Source: an uncultured delta proteobacterium
Lineage (GTDB): Bacteria; Desulfobacterota; Desulfuromonadia; Desulfuromonadales; JACZKF01
DNA: 64,000 bases
Direction of reading: 5' to 3'
Assembly (NCBI GenBank): GCA_963816395.1
Contig: CAWFKQ010000005.1
Coordinates: 352,001-416,000 of the forward strand
The position numbers and the translations under genes are program-made. How positions within the stretch are numbered: the stretch's first letter is position 1; each line of letters starts with the position of its first letter. Positions 19,649-30,668 of the stretch are shown in pieces. Under the pieces are notes generated by a model. That model made no database searches and had not been told where the DNA came from. It saw nothing but the letters and a program-made list of their open reading frames with translations.

Positions 19649-21328
19649 TCAGCTCGCCCTGGCACAAGCTGGTGTTGAAGGGGGAGTGGCAGAGCCCGAA
19701 CAGAGGCTCTCGATCTGCTGCAGCAGATTGCGGATCTCCGGTTGCTGGACAATGGCGCACTGCTCGGCGAGGACGGCCGCCAGAATCTCATCCGTGGTCA
19801 GGGGATTGGCCAGAACGACCCGCAGGACGGAAATTTCCTGGCCATAAGCAGCCACCCGGAGCCGCGTCCTGGAAACGAAAGTCTGCCCTGCTTCCCGCTG
19901 GTACTTCTGCAACAGCTGATTGCCCTGGTCGAGAAAGGCATTGATGCACGCGGCCTGTTCCGCCGTCGCTTGGGCCAACTGCTGCTGCACGGCCAACGGA
20001 CAGTAGCGGTAAGTGAGGATGTTCAGTTCAGGTGCACTCGTGAGTTCAAAGTCCGGATGCTGCCGCACCATTTCGGCAAAAGTCCGGGCCCGCTCGATCC
20101 CCATGTTTATGAGAAGCTCGTACCCTTTGCGGCCGATGATCGACAGGCCGGCATGAACCAGCATCGCCTTCCCCGGTCGCGAGCCCTCGAGGGTATGGCT
20201 GCCGAGGTCCTTGGAGCCATGGCGCAGGATATACGCGGCGTGGTGCTCAATAGCCGAAACCGCGGTTGGGTCCTTGAAGACGACCATCCCCGCTCCCATC
20301 GGCACATAGAGCTGCTTGTGGGCATCGATGGTGACCGAGTCGGCCCGCTCGATGCCGGCCAGGAGATGGCGATGGCGGTCGGAAAACAGGGTCGGCCCCC
20401 CCCAGGCAGCGTCGACATGGAAATGGCAGCCGAGTTCGGCGGCGAGGTCCGCCAACGCCTCCAGAGGATCGACGTTGCCGGTTTCGGTCGTTCCGGCAAT
20501 ACCGATGAGCGCCATGGGCCGAATATTCGCGTCCCGCAGCCGGGCGCATTCTTCTCTCAGTTTCTTCAGATCGATGCGGCTCTCGGCATCGGTGTCAACC
20601 ATAACCAGGTTGTCTCGGCCGAGGCCGAGGAGGTCCGCAGCCTTGCCAAAGGAGTAGTGCCCCCGCCGGGAAACCAGGACGGCGATTCCTTCGCAACGCA
20701 GATGCTTCAGCCCCCGGGCCAGTCCCTCCTGGGCGATGCCGCGAAACTGCCCATCCGGGGCGAAGAGGCGGTTGCGCGCTACCCAAAGAGCGGTCAAGTT
20801 GGCGATGGTGCCGCCGGAGCAGAAAGCCCCGAGGGCATGCCGGCTGTCATGAATCCAATGGTCGTAGAAAGCGTCGTCCCCCCGGTAGACCAGACGGTGG
20901 AGCATGGCCAGCACCTGGCGTTCCATCGGCGTGAAGGACTTGGACGTTTCCACCTTGACCAGATTCTGGTTGAGGGCGATCATGATCCGCGACAGCGGCA
21001 GCATGAAATAGGGGAGCGCCGAGGTCATGTGGCCGATGAATCCGGGGGCGGCGGTATGCACGGAATGCGCGACCAGCTTCTCCTTGATGAACTCGGTGTA
21101 CTCGGAGACGAAGGTCGGTTCCTCGGGGATGGCGGAGGCGGAGAAATCAACCTCGATCTCCTCAACCTGGCGCTTCAGGGCGACGATGTGGGTCTGCAGG
21201 AAACCGGCTACATCGCCGCTGATGGCCTGATCAATGGCCCCGAGTGTCGAATTGGGCGCCTCGGGGACGGTAAAGATCCGGTAGAGATTCTCCAGGTTGG
21301 CGCGAGCTGTCTCCCTGTTCTTTGACAT
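19649..21328 (-). CDS. panP: PLP-dependent aspartate 1-decarboxylase (PanP type)
   Basis: Group II decarboxylase motifs FIGHMTSALP, LNQNLVKVETSK, HVDAAWGG, IDAHKQLY; directly after panC. Confidence 0.85.
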   Translation of the reverse strand: MSKNRETARANLENLYRIFTVPEAPNSTLGAIDQAISGDVAGFLQTHIVALKRQVEEIEVDFSASAIPEEPTFVSEYTEFIKEKLVAHSVHTAAPGFIGHMTSALPYFMLPLSRIMIALNQNLVKVETSKSFTPMERQVLAMLHRLVYRGDDAFYDHWIHDSRHALGAFCSGGTIANLTALWVARNRLFAPDGQFRGIAQEGLARGLKHLRCEGIAVLVSRRGHYSFGKAADLLGLGRDNLVMVDTDAESRIDLKKLREECARLRDANIRPMALIGIAGTTETGNVDPLEALADLAAELGCHFHVDAAWGGPTLFSDRHRHLLAGIERADSVTIDAHKQLYVPMGAGMVVFKDPTAVSAIEHHAAYILRHGSKDLGSHTLEGSRPGKAMLVHAGLSIIGRKGYELLINMGIERARTFAEMVRQHPDFELTSAPELNILTYRYCPLAVQQQLAQATAEQAACINAFLDQGNQLLQKYQREAGQTFVSRTRLRVAAYGQEISVLRVVLANPLTTDEILAAVLAEQCAIVQQPEIRNLLQQIESLCSGSATPPSTPACARAS

Positions 21329-21340
21329 CGTCTGGTGGCC

Positions 21341-22183
21341 TCAAAGAAGAAAACTGTTGTCGATCAGGCGGGTTTTCCCGATCTGCACGGCCAGCAGCAG
21401 GACCGAATCGGGGGTAATCTCCGCCATGTTCTGCAGCGTCTCGCCATGGCAGATCTGCACATAATCGATTCTGGCGTCGGGCTCCCGGCCGATCCGCTCA
21501 CGGACCTCCCGTCGGACTGCCTCGGCATTCCTCTCCCCATTTTTGACCATGGAGGAAGCCAAGCGGAGCGAATCGACCAGAGCGAGAGCCTGCTGCCGTT
21601 CCACAGGCGACAGATACACGTTGCGCGAGCTCATCGCCAGCCCATCCTTCTCCCGGACGATCGGCATGCCGACAATCTCGACGGGGAAGTTGAGATCAAC
21701 CGCCATCCGGCGGATCACCGCCAGCTGCTGGAAGTCCTTGCGGCCGAAGTAGGCGACGCTCGGCTGCACGATCTGGAACAGCTTGGCGACGACCGTCGTC
21801 ACCCCGCGGAAATGCCCGGGGCGGCTGCGACCGCACAGGGTCTCGGTAAGCCCTTCGACATTCACGTAGGTAGCATAGCCGGCCGGGTATATTTCCCGGG
21901 CCTCCGGAGCAAAGATGAGATCGACGCCGGCCGCACGGGCCATCTCGGCATCCCGGACGAAATCGCGCGGATACTTGTCCAGATCTTCGCCGGCGCCAAA
22001 CTGGGTCGGGTTGACGAAGATGGAGAGGACCAGCAGATCGCCCCGGTTCCGCCCGGCCTCCAGCAGGGAGCAATGCCCGGCGTGCAGGTATCCCATGGTC
22101 GGGATAAAGGCGATGGTTTTCCCCTGCCGGCGGGCCGCAAGGCAGAGCTTCTGCATGGTCTGGATATCGGCGATGGTTTTCAT
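21341..22183 (-). CDS. panC: Pantoate-beta-alanine ligase
   Basis: PTMGYLHAGH, SIFVNPTQF, RPGHFRGV, FGRKDFQQ, GLAMSSRN, RLIDN. Confidence 0.97.
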   Translation of the reverse strand: MKTIADIQTMQKLCLAARRQGKTIAFIPTMGYLHAGHCSLLEAGRNRGDLLVLSIFVNPTQFGAGEDLDKYPRDFVRDAEMARAAGVDLIFAPEAREIYPAGYATYVNVEGLTETLCGRSRPGHFRGVTTVVAKLFQIVQPSVAYFGRKDFQQLAVIRRMAVDLNFPVEIVGMPIVREKDGLAMSSRNVYLSPVERQQALALVDSLRLASSMVKNGERNAEAVRREVRERIGREPDARIDYVQICHGETLQNMAEITPDSVLLLAVQIGKTRLIDNSFLL

Positions 22184-22200
22184 ATATCAAGAGTCAGAGT

Positions 22201-22254
22201 TTGAAGGTTGAAGGTTCAGGGGAAAGTATAGCCTTTGCCAGGCCTCAGGCCTGA
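22201..22254. repeat. Degenerate heptamer repeat element between panB and panC
   Basis: ttgaagg-ttgaagg-ttcaggg ... caggcct-caggcct. Confidence 0.5.
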
Positions 22255-22259
22255 TCACC

Positions 22260-23063
22260 CTATTTGAACGTATGTTCTTCCCCCGGGAATATCTCTTCCT
22301 TCACTTCGCGGATGTAATCCTCCACCCCCTGGCGAATGATGCCGGAAATGTCGGCGTACTTTTTGACGAACTTGGGGGAATATTTTTCGCATAGGCCGAG
22401 AATGTCGTGCAGAACCAGTACCTGGCCGTCGCAGTGCACGCCGGCACCAATGCCGATAGTGGGGATGGCAACCGTTTCGGTAATCTCCCTGGCCAGAGTA
22501 GCGGGAATTCCCTCGAGGACCAGGGAAAAAGCGCCGGCCGCCTCGACCGCCCGCGCGTCAGCCAGCAACTGCCGCGCCTGCTCTTCCTGACGTCCCTGCA
22601 CCTTGTATCCCCCCATGCGGTGGACCGATTGCGGGGTTAGCCCGATATGACCGACGACCGGGATATCCATATCGACGATGGCACGAATCGTTTCCGCAAC
22701 GTTTTCGCCCCCCTCAAGCTTCACTGCCTGGGCGCCCGCCTCCTTGATCAAGCGGCCGGCATTGAGCCGGGCATCACGCAGGTCGGTCTGGTAGGAGAGA
22801 AAGGGCAGATCCGCCACCACCAGAGCACCGACGGTCCCCCGCATGACCGCCCGGGTATGGTAAAGCATTTCCTCCATGGTCACCGGCAGGGTAGTGTCGT
22901 AGCCGGCGACCACTACGCCGACCGAATCGCCAACCAGCACCATGTCGATCCCCGCCTGGTCAACCAGGCGGGCCAGGGGGTAGTCGTACGCGGTGAGAAC
23001 GGCAATTTTCGTCCCCTTCGCCTTCATCTCCTGCATATCCAAAATGGTTTTGCGTTTTTTCAT
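22260..23063 (-). CDS. panB: 3-methyl-2-oxobutanoate hydroxymethyltransferase
   Basis: [34 protein letters not shown]. Confidence 0.97.
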   Translation of the reverse strand: MKKRKTILDMQEMKAKGTKIAVLTAYDYPLARLVDQAGIDMVLVGDSVGVVVAGYDTTLPVTMEEMLYHTRAVMRGTVGALVVADLPFLSYQTDLRDARLNAGRLIKEAGAQAVKLEGGENVAETIRAIVDMDIPVVGHIGLTPQSVHRMGGYKVQGRQEEQARQLLADARAVEAAGAFSLVLEGIPATLAREITETVAIPTIGIGAGVHCDGQVLVLHDILGLCEKYSPKFVKKYADISGIIRQGVEDYIREVKEEIFPGEEHTFK

Positions 23064-23100
23064 CTCTCTCGCTCCACGCCGGCGCCCGAAAACAGAAAAG

Positions 23101-23203
23101 CCTTCCAGGAGCGAGTCCGAAAGGCCGTGACCAGAAGGAGATTTCTCCACCCCTTGCCGGTGCCGCTATTGCCTTCCGTCCCGGTCCCATCGGATCCAGG
23201 CGG
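23101..23203 (-). ncRNA. pan RNA motif-like leader (two bulged hairpins) upstream of panB
   Basis: Sense strand CCGCCTGGATCCGATGGGACCGGGACGG (23203-23176) and second stem CCTTCTGG...CCTGGAAGG (23138-23101). Confidence 0.65.
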
Positions 23204-23494
23204 TATTGTTTCGTTCAGTAAAACCTGCGGCTGTTCGCTCCGGTACGGGTTCCGGGCTGACCGCAACAAAATCCAAAAAAACGTTTTATCCTATACCATA
23301 TGCAGCAAAAGTTGTCCAGAAAAATTCGCGACCTTCATCCCCCACCGACAGGCCGAGAACGTCAGGTGCTTCGGGCTTTTGCGGGGGGGCCGAAGATCGC
23401 AGACGGTCCCTGGGAAAACGCTGCGGGTTGGCAGTTGCATTACCGGCAGATTGCGCTAATTATATGAATGTGGGTTTGCTAACCGGAGGTGTTT

Positions 23495-23746
23495 ATGCTG
23501 GGTCTGAAGATCCGTGACGAAATCCGTTGGCACGACCGATGGTCGGCCGAGATCGGGCGCCGGCTTCAGGTCAAGGACAGCACCAATGACCTGTATATTT
23601 TCGACGAACGGCACAGCCGCAAGGACATCCTCTCCATCCTGAAGGAAGCCCCGAAGGAGCTGTATGAGTTATTTGAAGTCCGGGAGGCTCCGGAGGAGGA
23701 ATGCGATTACATGGCTGATTCGGGACGTTGTTACAGCCGCAGGTAA
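23495..23746 (+). CDS. Small hypothetical protein
   Basis: GGAGGT SD before ATG; MLGLKIRDE...CDYMADSGRCYSRR. Confidence 0.65.
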   Translation: MLGLKIRDEIRWHDRWSAEIGRRLQVKDSTNDLYIFDERHSRKDILSILKEAPKELYELFEVREAPEEECDYMADSGRCYSRR

Positions 23747-23839
23747 GTCATGGGTCGCTCGGCCCCTTTCCTTTCATCCTCTGCAGAAAAGAGGATTCGC
23801 CCGTCCGGGTCAGGGACGGGCGAACAGGGAGAACCAATC

Positions 23840-24040
23840 ATGTTGATGGCTACTGTCCGTCTGCAGATGGCGAACGGACATGAAGTTTACTTCCGCGCCC
23901 GCCGCAGCGAAATCCACCGGCTGGTGCTCAGCCGTCACCAGCGCCAGCCAGAAGTTGTTGGGCAACATATCATCACGACGGAAAAGAACGTCCCCATCAC
24001 CGTCGATCTGCAGGAAATCCGGACGATTCACATCATGTAG
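23840..24040 (+). CDS. Small hypothetical protein
   Basis: GGAG SD; MLMATVRLQMANGHEVYF...PITVDLQEIRTIHIM. Confidence 0.55.
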   Translation: MLMATVRLQMANGHEVYFRARRSEIHRLVLSRHQRQPEVVGQHIITTEKNVPITVDLQEIRTIHIM

Positions 24041-24112
24041 CCGCCTTCGCAAGGCTTCGGCCCCCGGGGTTGGTTCGCCAGGCATCGACGACTAGATGGT
24101 TTTCTACTTCGC

Positions 24113-24643
24113 TCAGTAGCGGGCGTCGGCGAATTCCACCCAACCTCCCGCCTGCACCAGTGCCTTGTCGAAAGGGGAGATATCGAAGGCGAACACCTCG
24201 CTTCGGCCGCCCGCCCGGGCGGTGATCTGCTGTCCGTTCAGATCGACATCGAACTCCACCTCCCCTTCCCCGCCCAGGGCAAAGAGGCGATCGATTTCCG
24301 CTTTCGGCAATTCAATCGCCAGCATGCCGCCGTTGAACATGTTCTGGCGGAAAATCCGGGCATAGCTCTCGGCGATGATGGTATGGATATCGTTGACTTC
24401 GAAAACCCAGGGGGCATGTTCCCGCGAGGAACCGCAGCCGAAGTTTTCTCTGGCGACCACCACCCGGGCCGCCTTCAGCCGCTCCCCCTTGGGATCGAAT
24501 CCCTCCAGCTTGATATCCTCCAGGATGTAGGGACGAAGAGCTTCCTTGGTCACCTCTGTAAGATATTTGGCAGGAATGATTTCATCCGTATTGATATCGG
24601 AGCGATCAAGGAAGATCGCCGGTCCGCCGAAGGTCTTTTCCAT
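24113..24643 (-). CDS. leuD: 3-isopropylmalate dehydratase small subunit
   Basis: DINTDEIIPA, NFGCGSSREHA, SYARIFRQN. Confidence 0.95.
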   Translation of the reverse strand: MEKTFGGPAIFLDRSDINTDEIIPAKYLTEVTKEALRPYILEDIKLEGFDPKGERLKAARVVVARENFGCGSSREHAPWVFEVNDIHTIIAESYARIFRQNMFNGGMLAIELPKAEIDRLFALGGEGEVEFDVDLNGQQITARAGGRSEVFAFDISPFDKALVQAGGWVEFADARY

Positions 24644-24657
24644 AAGTTGTCTTCCTT

Positions 24658-25938
24658 TCAAATTTTCCGGGCATCGGTGATTACCCCGGCAATCGCCGTG
24701 GCAGCGGCCGTGGCTGGGCTCATCAGGTGCACCATCCCACCCTTGCCCATGCGCCCGTTGAAGTTACGGTTACTGGTGGAGGCGCAGACTTCCCCTTCCG
24801 CCAGTACCCCGTTGCTCATTCCCAGACAGGCGCCGCAGGTCGGATTGGTGACACAGAAGCCGGCATCCATGAAAATCTGGATGATCCCCTCGGCCAGGGC
24901 ATCACCGAAGATCTTGGGGGTGGCGGGAGAAACGATCCCGCGCACCGAATCGGCGATGCGCCGCCCCTGGAGAATCCCGGCAGCGATGCGCAGGTCTTCC
25001 AGCCGGCCGTTGGTGCAGGTGCCGATGTATACCTGATCGACGGGAGTACCGGACAGCTCTTTCGCCGCCTTGACGCAGTCCGGCTTGAAGCCATAGGTGA
25101 CCTGCGGTTCCAGGTCGGAGAGATCGAAGTCGAGAACCTTTTCGTAGGCGGCGTCAGAATCGGAATGCCACAGCCGGAAATCGGCCAGGGCGGCATCCCG
25201 ACTGGCATAGTCGTTCTGGATAAACGGCCAGAGGTAATCGACCGTGGTTGCATCGGGCAGACAGATGCCGGAAGTACCGCCGGCCTCGATCGCCATATTG
25301 CACAGAGTCATCCGCGATTCCATGGACATGGCATCGACGACCGGTCCACGGAATTCGATCACCCGGTCGGTAGCGCCATTCACCCCGAGACGGCCGATGA
25401 CGAAGAGAATGGCGTCCTTGGCGTAGACCCCCGGGGCCAGATGCCCATTGAGGTTGATGCGGATCGTCTTCGGTTCACGGAAAGCGCATACACCCTTGAG
25501 GATCCCCACCTCCAGATCGGTAGTGCCGACACCAGCGGCAAAAGCGCCGAAGGCGCCATGGGTGCAGGTGTGGCTGTCCCCCATGATGACCGTGTAGCCG
25601 GGGCGGATATATCCCTTCTCCGGGAAGAGGGCGTGACAGACGCCGTTACGGCCGACATCGAAGAAATCGGTGATGGCGTGGCGGCGGGCCCAGTCGCGAA
25701 GCATCTTGGCCTGGGTGGCGGTTTTACTGTCCTTGGACGGAGTCACATGATCGATGACCGCTTTGATTTTGCTGCGGTCGAAAACCCTATCCTTGCCGCG
25801 CCAGACAAGATCGGCAATGGCCACCGGAGTGGTGATCTCGTGGCAGAGGACCCGGTCGAGATCGAGGACCTTGGTCCCGGGAAAGGGCTCGTCCCGAAGA
25901 TGGGCATCAAAGATTTTTTCCGCAATATTCTTTCCCAT
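24658..25938 (-). CDS. leuC: 3-isopropylmalate dehydratase large subunit (short type)
   Basis: GDSHTCTHGA, IGTCTNGR, CGACLG, STSNRNF.GRMG. Confidence 0.95.
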   Translation of the reverse strand: MGKNIAEKIFDAHLRDEPFPGTKVLDLDRVLCHEITTPVAIADLVWRGKDRVFDRSKIKAVIDHVTPSKDSKTATQAKMLRDWARRHAITDFFDVGRNGVCHALFPEKGYIRPGYTVIMGDSHTCTHGAFGAFAAGVGTTDLEVGILKGVCAFREPKTIRINLNGHLAPGVYAKDAILFVIGRLGVNGATDRVIEFRGPVVDAMSMESRMTLCNMAIEAGGTSGICLPDATTVDYLWPFIQNDYASRDAALADFRLWHSDSDAAYEKVLDFDLSDLEPQVTYGFKPDCVKAAKELSGTPVDQVYIGTCTNGRLEDLRIAAGILQGRRIADSVRGIVSPATPKIFGDALAEGIIQIFMDAGFCVTNPTCGACLGMSNGVLAEGEVCASTSNRNFNGRMGKGGMVHLMSPATAAATAIAGVITDARKI

Positions 25939-25959
25939 GTTCTCTCCTTGGCAAATCGA

Positions 25960-26028
25960 AGGTATCAGGTGCCAGGTATCAGGAGCCAGGATTTCATCAG
26001 GAATTTTTGTACCTGCTACCTGTTTCCT
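25960..26028. repeat. Inverted heptamer tandem repeat between leuA and leuC
   Basis: aggtatc-aggtgcc-aggtatc-aggagcc ... tacctgc-tacctgt-ttcct. Confidence 0.7.
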
Positions 26029-26033
26029 TATAT

Positions 26034-27572
26034 CTACAGATGAACGCTGGTGCGTTTGACCACCGAAGCCATCTTATTGAGGGCGTTGAGGTAGGCCTTG
26101 GCGCTGGCGACGATGATATCGGGGTGGGCGCCCTGTCCGAGGACCTCGCGGCCGTCTTCCTCCAGGCGCACCGTGCATTCCCCCTGGGCATCGGTGCCAC
26201 CGGTAATCGCCCCGACCGAGAACTGCAGCAGTCGGGCCTGGCTCCGGGTCAGCTTCTTGATGGCCTTGAAGGTCGCATCGACCGGCCCATCTCCCATGAC
26301 CGCGGTCTTTCTAACCCTGCCATCCACCTCCAGTTCGACGGTAGCCGTCGGGGCGGCGAATGAGCCTGAAGCGACATTCATCTGCCGCAGCCGATAGCGT
26401 TCCGGCACCCGGATGATTTCATCGGCAACGATGGCGTCCAGATCCTCATCGAAAATTTCCTTTTTCTGGTCAGCCAGTGACTTGAAGCGGACGAAAGCCT
26501 TTTCGATGTCCTCCTTGCCGAGCTCATAACCAAGCTCCTTCAGGCGGTCAATAAAGGCATGTCTACCGGAGTGCTTTCCCAGCACCAGTTTGTTCTGATT
26601 GAGGCCGATCGACTCGGGCGTCATGATCTCATAGGTCGATTTTTCCATCAAGACCCCATGCTGGTGGATCCCTGCTTCGTGAGCAAAAGCGTTGGCCCCG
26701 ACTACGGCTTTGTTCGGTTGGACGACGATGCCGGTGATGGTGGAGAGCAGTTTGCTGGCTGCATAGATATGCTCGGTCATAACCTTGGTGGCAAAGGGGA
26801 GAATATCGTGGCGGGTGCGCAGGGCCATCACCACCTCCTCCAGAGAACAGTTGCCGGCCCGTTCGCCGATACCGTTGATGGTGCATTCCACCTGCTCGGC
26901 ACCAGCCTGAATTGCCGCCAGGGAGTTGGCGACCGCCAGCCCCAGATCGTTATGGCAGTGGACGGAGAGAATCGCCTGCTCGACGTTCGCCACGTTTTCC
27001 TTCAAGTACTTGATGAGGTTGAAGTATTCGAAGGGGATGGTGTAGCCGACGGTGTCCGGGATGTTGACCACCTTGGCGCCGGCCTCGATAACTGCCTCGA
27101 CGATTTTGGCCAGAAACGGCAGACGGGTGCGGGCGGCGTCCTCTGCCGAGAACTCGACGTTGGGAGTGTAGCGGGCGGCCCGCCGGACCGCTTTGATCGC
27201 CGTCTCCACAACCTGGTCCTCACTCATCTTCAACTTGTGCTGCATATGAATGTCACTGGTGGCGATGAAGGTATGGATGCGGCCGCGCTCACCGGCGAAT
27301 TTCAGGGCTTCCCAGGCCCGGTCGATGTCCATGTCGTTGGCCCGGCAGAGGCCGGCGATCTGTGGCCCTCTGATGGTCTGGGCGATCTTTTTGACCGCCT
27401 CGAAATCCCCATCCGAGGCGATGGGAAAGCCTGCCTCGATCACGTCGACATTCAACTTCTCAAGTTGATGGGCGATGCGCAGCTTCTCATCGATGTTCAT
27501 GCTGGCGCCAGGCGACTGCTCGCCATCGCGCAGAGTGGTATCGAAAATCTGGATCATCTTCGGCTTGTCCAT
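26034..27572 (-). CDS. leuA: 2-isopropylmalate synthase
   Basis: [28 protein letters not shown], regulatory domain GDGPVDA. Confidence 0.97.
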   Translation of the reverse strand: MDKPKMIQIFDTTLRDGEQSPGASMNIDEKLRIAHQLEKLNVDVIEAGFPIASDGDFEAVKKIAQTIRGPQIAGLCRANDMDIDRAWEALKFAGERGRIHTFIATSDIHMQHKLKMSEDQVVETAIKAVRRAARYTPNVEFSAEDAARTRLPFLAKIVEAVIEAGAKVVNIPDTVGYTIPFEYFNLIKYLKENVANVEQAILSVHCHNDLGLAVANSLAAIQAGAEQVECTINGIGERAGNCSLEEVVMALRTRHDILPFATKVMTEHIYAASKLLSTITGIVVQPNKAVVGANAFAHEAGIHQHGVLMEKSTYEIMTPESIGLNQNKLVLGKHSGRHAFIDRLKELGYELGKEDIEKAFVRFKSLADQKKEIFDEDLDAIVADEIIRVPERYRLRQMNVASGSFAAPTATVELEVDGRVRKTAVMGDGPVDATFKAIKKLTRSQARLLQFSVGAITGGTDAQGECTVRLEEDGREVLGQGAHPDIIVASAKAYLNALNKMASVVKRTSVHL

Positions 27573-27738
27573 GACTCCTCCTTTTTAACACGCCGTCGAA
27601 AGAGCGGCCGTGGCGTTCATTTGCGGGATCGATATGTCCGGATAATGCAGTCCTAGCTCTCCCAGGTCCGATTCCATGCGACCACCCCCTTTCCGGGTAT
27701 CCCTACCTGCCCCGCATGAGGGCAGGCAGGACATAAAT

Positions 27739-27990
27739 AAAAAACTCCCGCCCCATCCAGGGGCGAGAGCAGAAGCTTCGCGGTACCACCCTGATTCACC
27801 CGCCGCCTTTCTCACGCTGCAGCGGGCCTTGTTGTCCTTTACGCAGACTCACGGCACCGGCTAAGCTGCCACTGGCAGACTCACCGATGCGGCTCCGAGG
27901 CGAGTTCGATTCCTTCCTGTACCGGCTTGCAGCGACCGCCGACTCTCTGCGACAGGGGGGAGAATCTACTACTCCTCTTCAACGCCTTTC
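27739..27990 (-). promoter_or_regulatory. Leucine T-box riboswitch with intrinsic terminator
   Basis: Sense strand: GAGTAGTAG, GCAGAGAG, CGCTGCAAGC, specifier GAA-CTC-GCC (CTC at 27904-27902), T-box GGTGGTACCGCG (27790-27779), GC-rich stem plus T-run (27768-27739). Confidence 0.9.
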
Positions 27991-28004
27991 CTTGTTATGT
28001 CTGC

Positions 28005-28035
28005 CTAATTAACCAGACCCATCGGGTCCTGTCAA
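28005..28035 (-). promoter_or_regulatory. Putative sigma70 promoter for the leu T-box leader
   Basis: TTGACA (28035-28030), about 17 nt spacer, AT-rich TTAATT. Confidence 0.5.
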
Positions 28036-28081
28036 GCGGTTTTTTCATCCTTCCGGACATCTCCAGTCCCGCCCCTGCCTG

Positions 28082-28831
28082 TTAACCTCGCCGCCGATTG
28101 CGCAGCAGGCGCAGCAGATAACCGATGGGACCGGCAATCATGTAGGCGAAAAAGAGGAGGAAAAACATGATCTCCGGTTGCGCCACCACGACGATGATGA
28201 TGAAGATTGCCAGCACCAGAAATCCGAATGGTTGCCGTTTGACAAGTTCCGGGTCTTTGAATGAATAGTAGCGAAAATTACTCACCATCAGAAAGGCCAG
28301 AACATAGATGAGAACCAGGATGGAAACCTTTTTGATGGTCCCCGAGCCACCCAGATGATAAAAAAGCAGGACGCAGGAGGCTACCATGCTGGCGGCGGCC
28401 GGGATCGGCAGGCCGACGAATCGCTTCGATTCGACGGTCGTCACCTGCACGTTGAAGCGGGCCAGGCGCAAGGCGCCGCAGACCACATAGAGAAACGCAG
28501 CGAGCCAGCCCAGTTTGCCGAAGGGTTTTAGCGCCCAGGCGTACATCAGCAGTCCCGGCGCTACACCGAAAGCCACCAGATCGGCCAGGGAGTCGTATTC
28601 CACCCCGAATTTGCTGGTGGTACCCGTCAGACGCGCCACCTTGCCGTCGAGAGCGTCAAAAATAGAGGAGACCAGGATGAACCAGGCAGCGAGATAATAG
28701 TTGCCCCCCATGGTGGCAACTATTCCGTAAAAACCGGCAAAAAGGCTGCCGGTAGTAAACAGATTGGGAAGGATATAGACCCCTTTGCGCAGACTTTCAC
28801 GCCGGTCCGGGGCCATTTTTTCGTCGATCAT
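28082..28831 (-). CDS. pssA: CDP-diacylglycerol-serine O-phosphatidyltransferase
   Basis: LPNLFT, DALDGKVAR...FGVEYDSLADLVAFGVAP, LRLARFN. Confidence 0.95.
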   Translation of the reverse strand: MIDEKMAPDRRESLRKGVYILPNLFTTGSLFAGFYGIVATMGGNYYLAAWFILVSSIFDALDGKVARLTGTTSKFGVEYDSLADLVAFGVAPGLLMYAWALKPFGKLGWLAAFLYVVCGALRLARFNVQVTTVESKRFVGLPIPAAASMVASCVLLFYHLGGSGTIKKVSILVLIYVLAFLMVSNFRYYSFKDPELVKRQPFGFLVLAIFIIIVVVAQPEIMFFLLFFAYMIAGPIGYLLRLLRNRRRG

Positions 28832-29472
28832 TGCATATAGCCCAGGACCGATTCGCCGGCAACGGCTTTATCGCCCACCCGGACCGTTACTTCCGCTCCC
28901 AGCGGAAAATACAGGTCGACACGGGACCCGAAACGGATCAGGCCGTAGCGCTGGCCACGCCGGAGCAGGTCGCCAACGACCGGATAGGAGATGATGCGAC
29001 GGGCGATCAGACCGGCGATCTGAACGAAGAGCAGGCGTTTGCCGCTTTCGGTCTCCAGGAGAATGCCGGCCTGTTCATTCTGCAGGCTCGCCTTGTCCAG
29101 GGAAGCGTTGAAAAACTCTCCCTTGTTGTAGAACATGTCAACAACCTTGCCGCTGAATGGGACCCGGTTGACATGGACATTGAAGACGGACATGAATATG
29201 CTCACCTTGACTGCTTCGGCCTGGAAATAGCGGTCTTCCCGCACCGTGCCGACGAAAACCACCTTGCCATCCGCCGGCGATACGACCGCCAGCGGGTCGA
29301 CCGGGGGGTGCCGCTCGGGATTGCGGAAAAAATAGATGGTAAACAGGCACAGCACCAAGCTGAGAACCGTCAGCACCGACCAGCCGAGCAGGGCGAAAAT
29401 CAGGGTGACGAAAGCGAACAGAGCAATGAAAGGGTAACCTTCGACCGCTACCGGCTGAGTCTGGTTGCGCAT
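28828..29472 (-). CDS. psd: Phosphatidylserine decarboxylase proenzyme
   Basis: FFRNPER, SPADGKV, SVFNVHVNR, IRFGSRVD cleavage motif. Confidence 0.95.
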   Translation of the reverse strand: MRNQTQPVAVEGYPFIALFAFVTLIFALLGWSVLTVLSLVLCLFTIYFFRNPERHPPVDPLAVVSPADGKVVFVGTVREDRYFQAEAVKVSIFMSVFNVHVNRVPFSGKVVDMFYNKGEFFNASLDKASLQNEQAGILLETESGKRLLFVQIAGLIARRIISYPVVGDLLRRGQRYGLIRFGSRVDLYFPLGAEVTVRVGDKAVAGESVLGYMQ

Positions 29473-29555
29473 GGGACTCCGGAAGGATAAGAGAAGGGAA
29501 GCCGGGGGTGAGGAGGAAAACCTTGGCTCCTCACCCCTTCGGCTGATTTTCCAGT

Positions 29556-30656
<1,101 letters not shown>

Positions 30657-30668
30657 TCATCCGGCCGC

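Noticed and set aside
19742..21325. 527-aa + strand ORF and other long antisense ORFs (e.g. 24727-26043, 46935-48329, 51905-53101)
   Set aside because: Shadows of well-supported opposite-strand genes, expected in GC-rich DNA; no motifs
28082..29472. psd-pssA inside the ilv-leu cluster as a novelty
   Set aside because: This arrangement is a known conserved order in several proteobacterial groups
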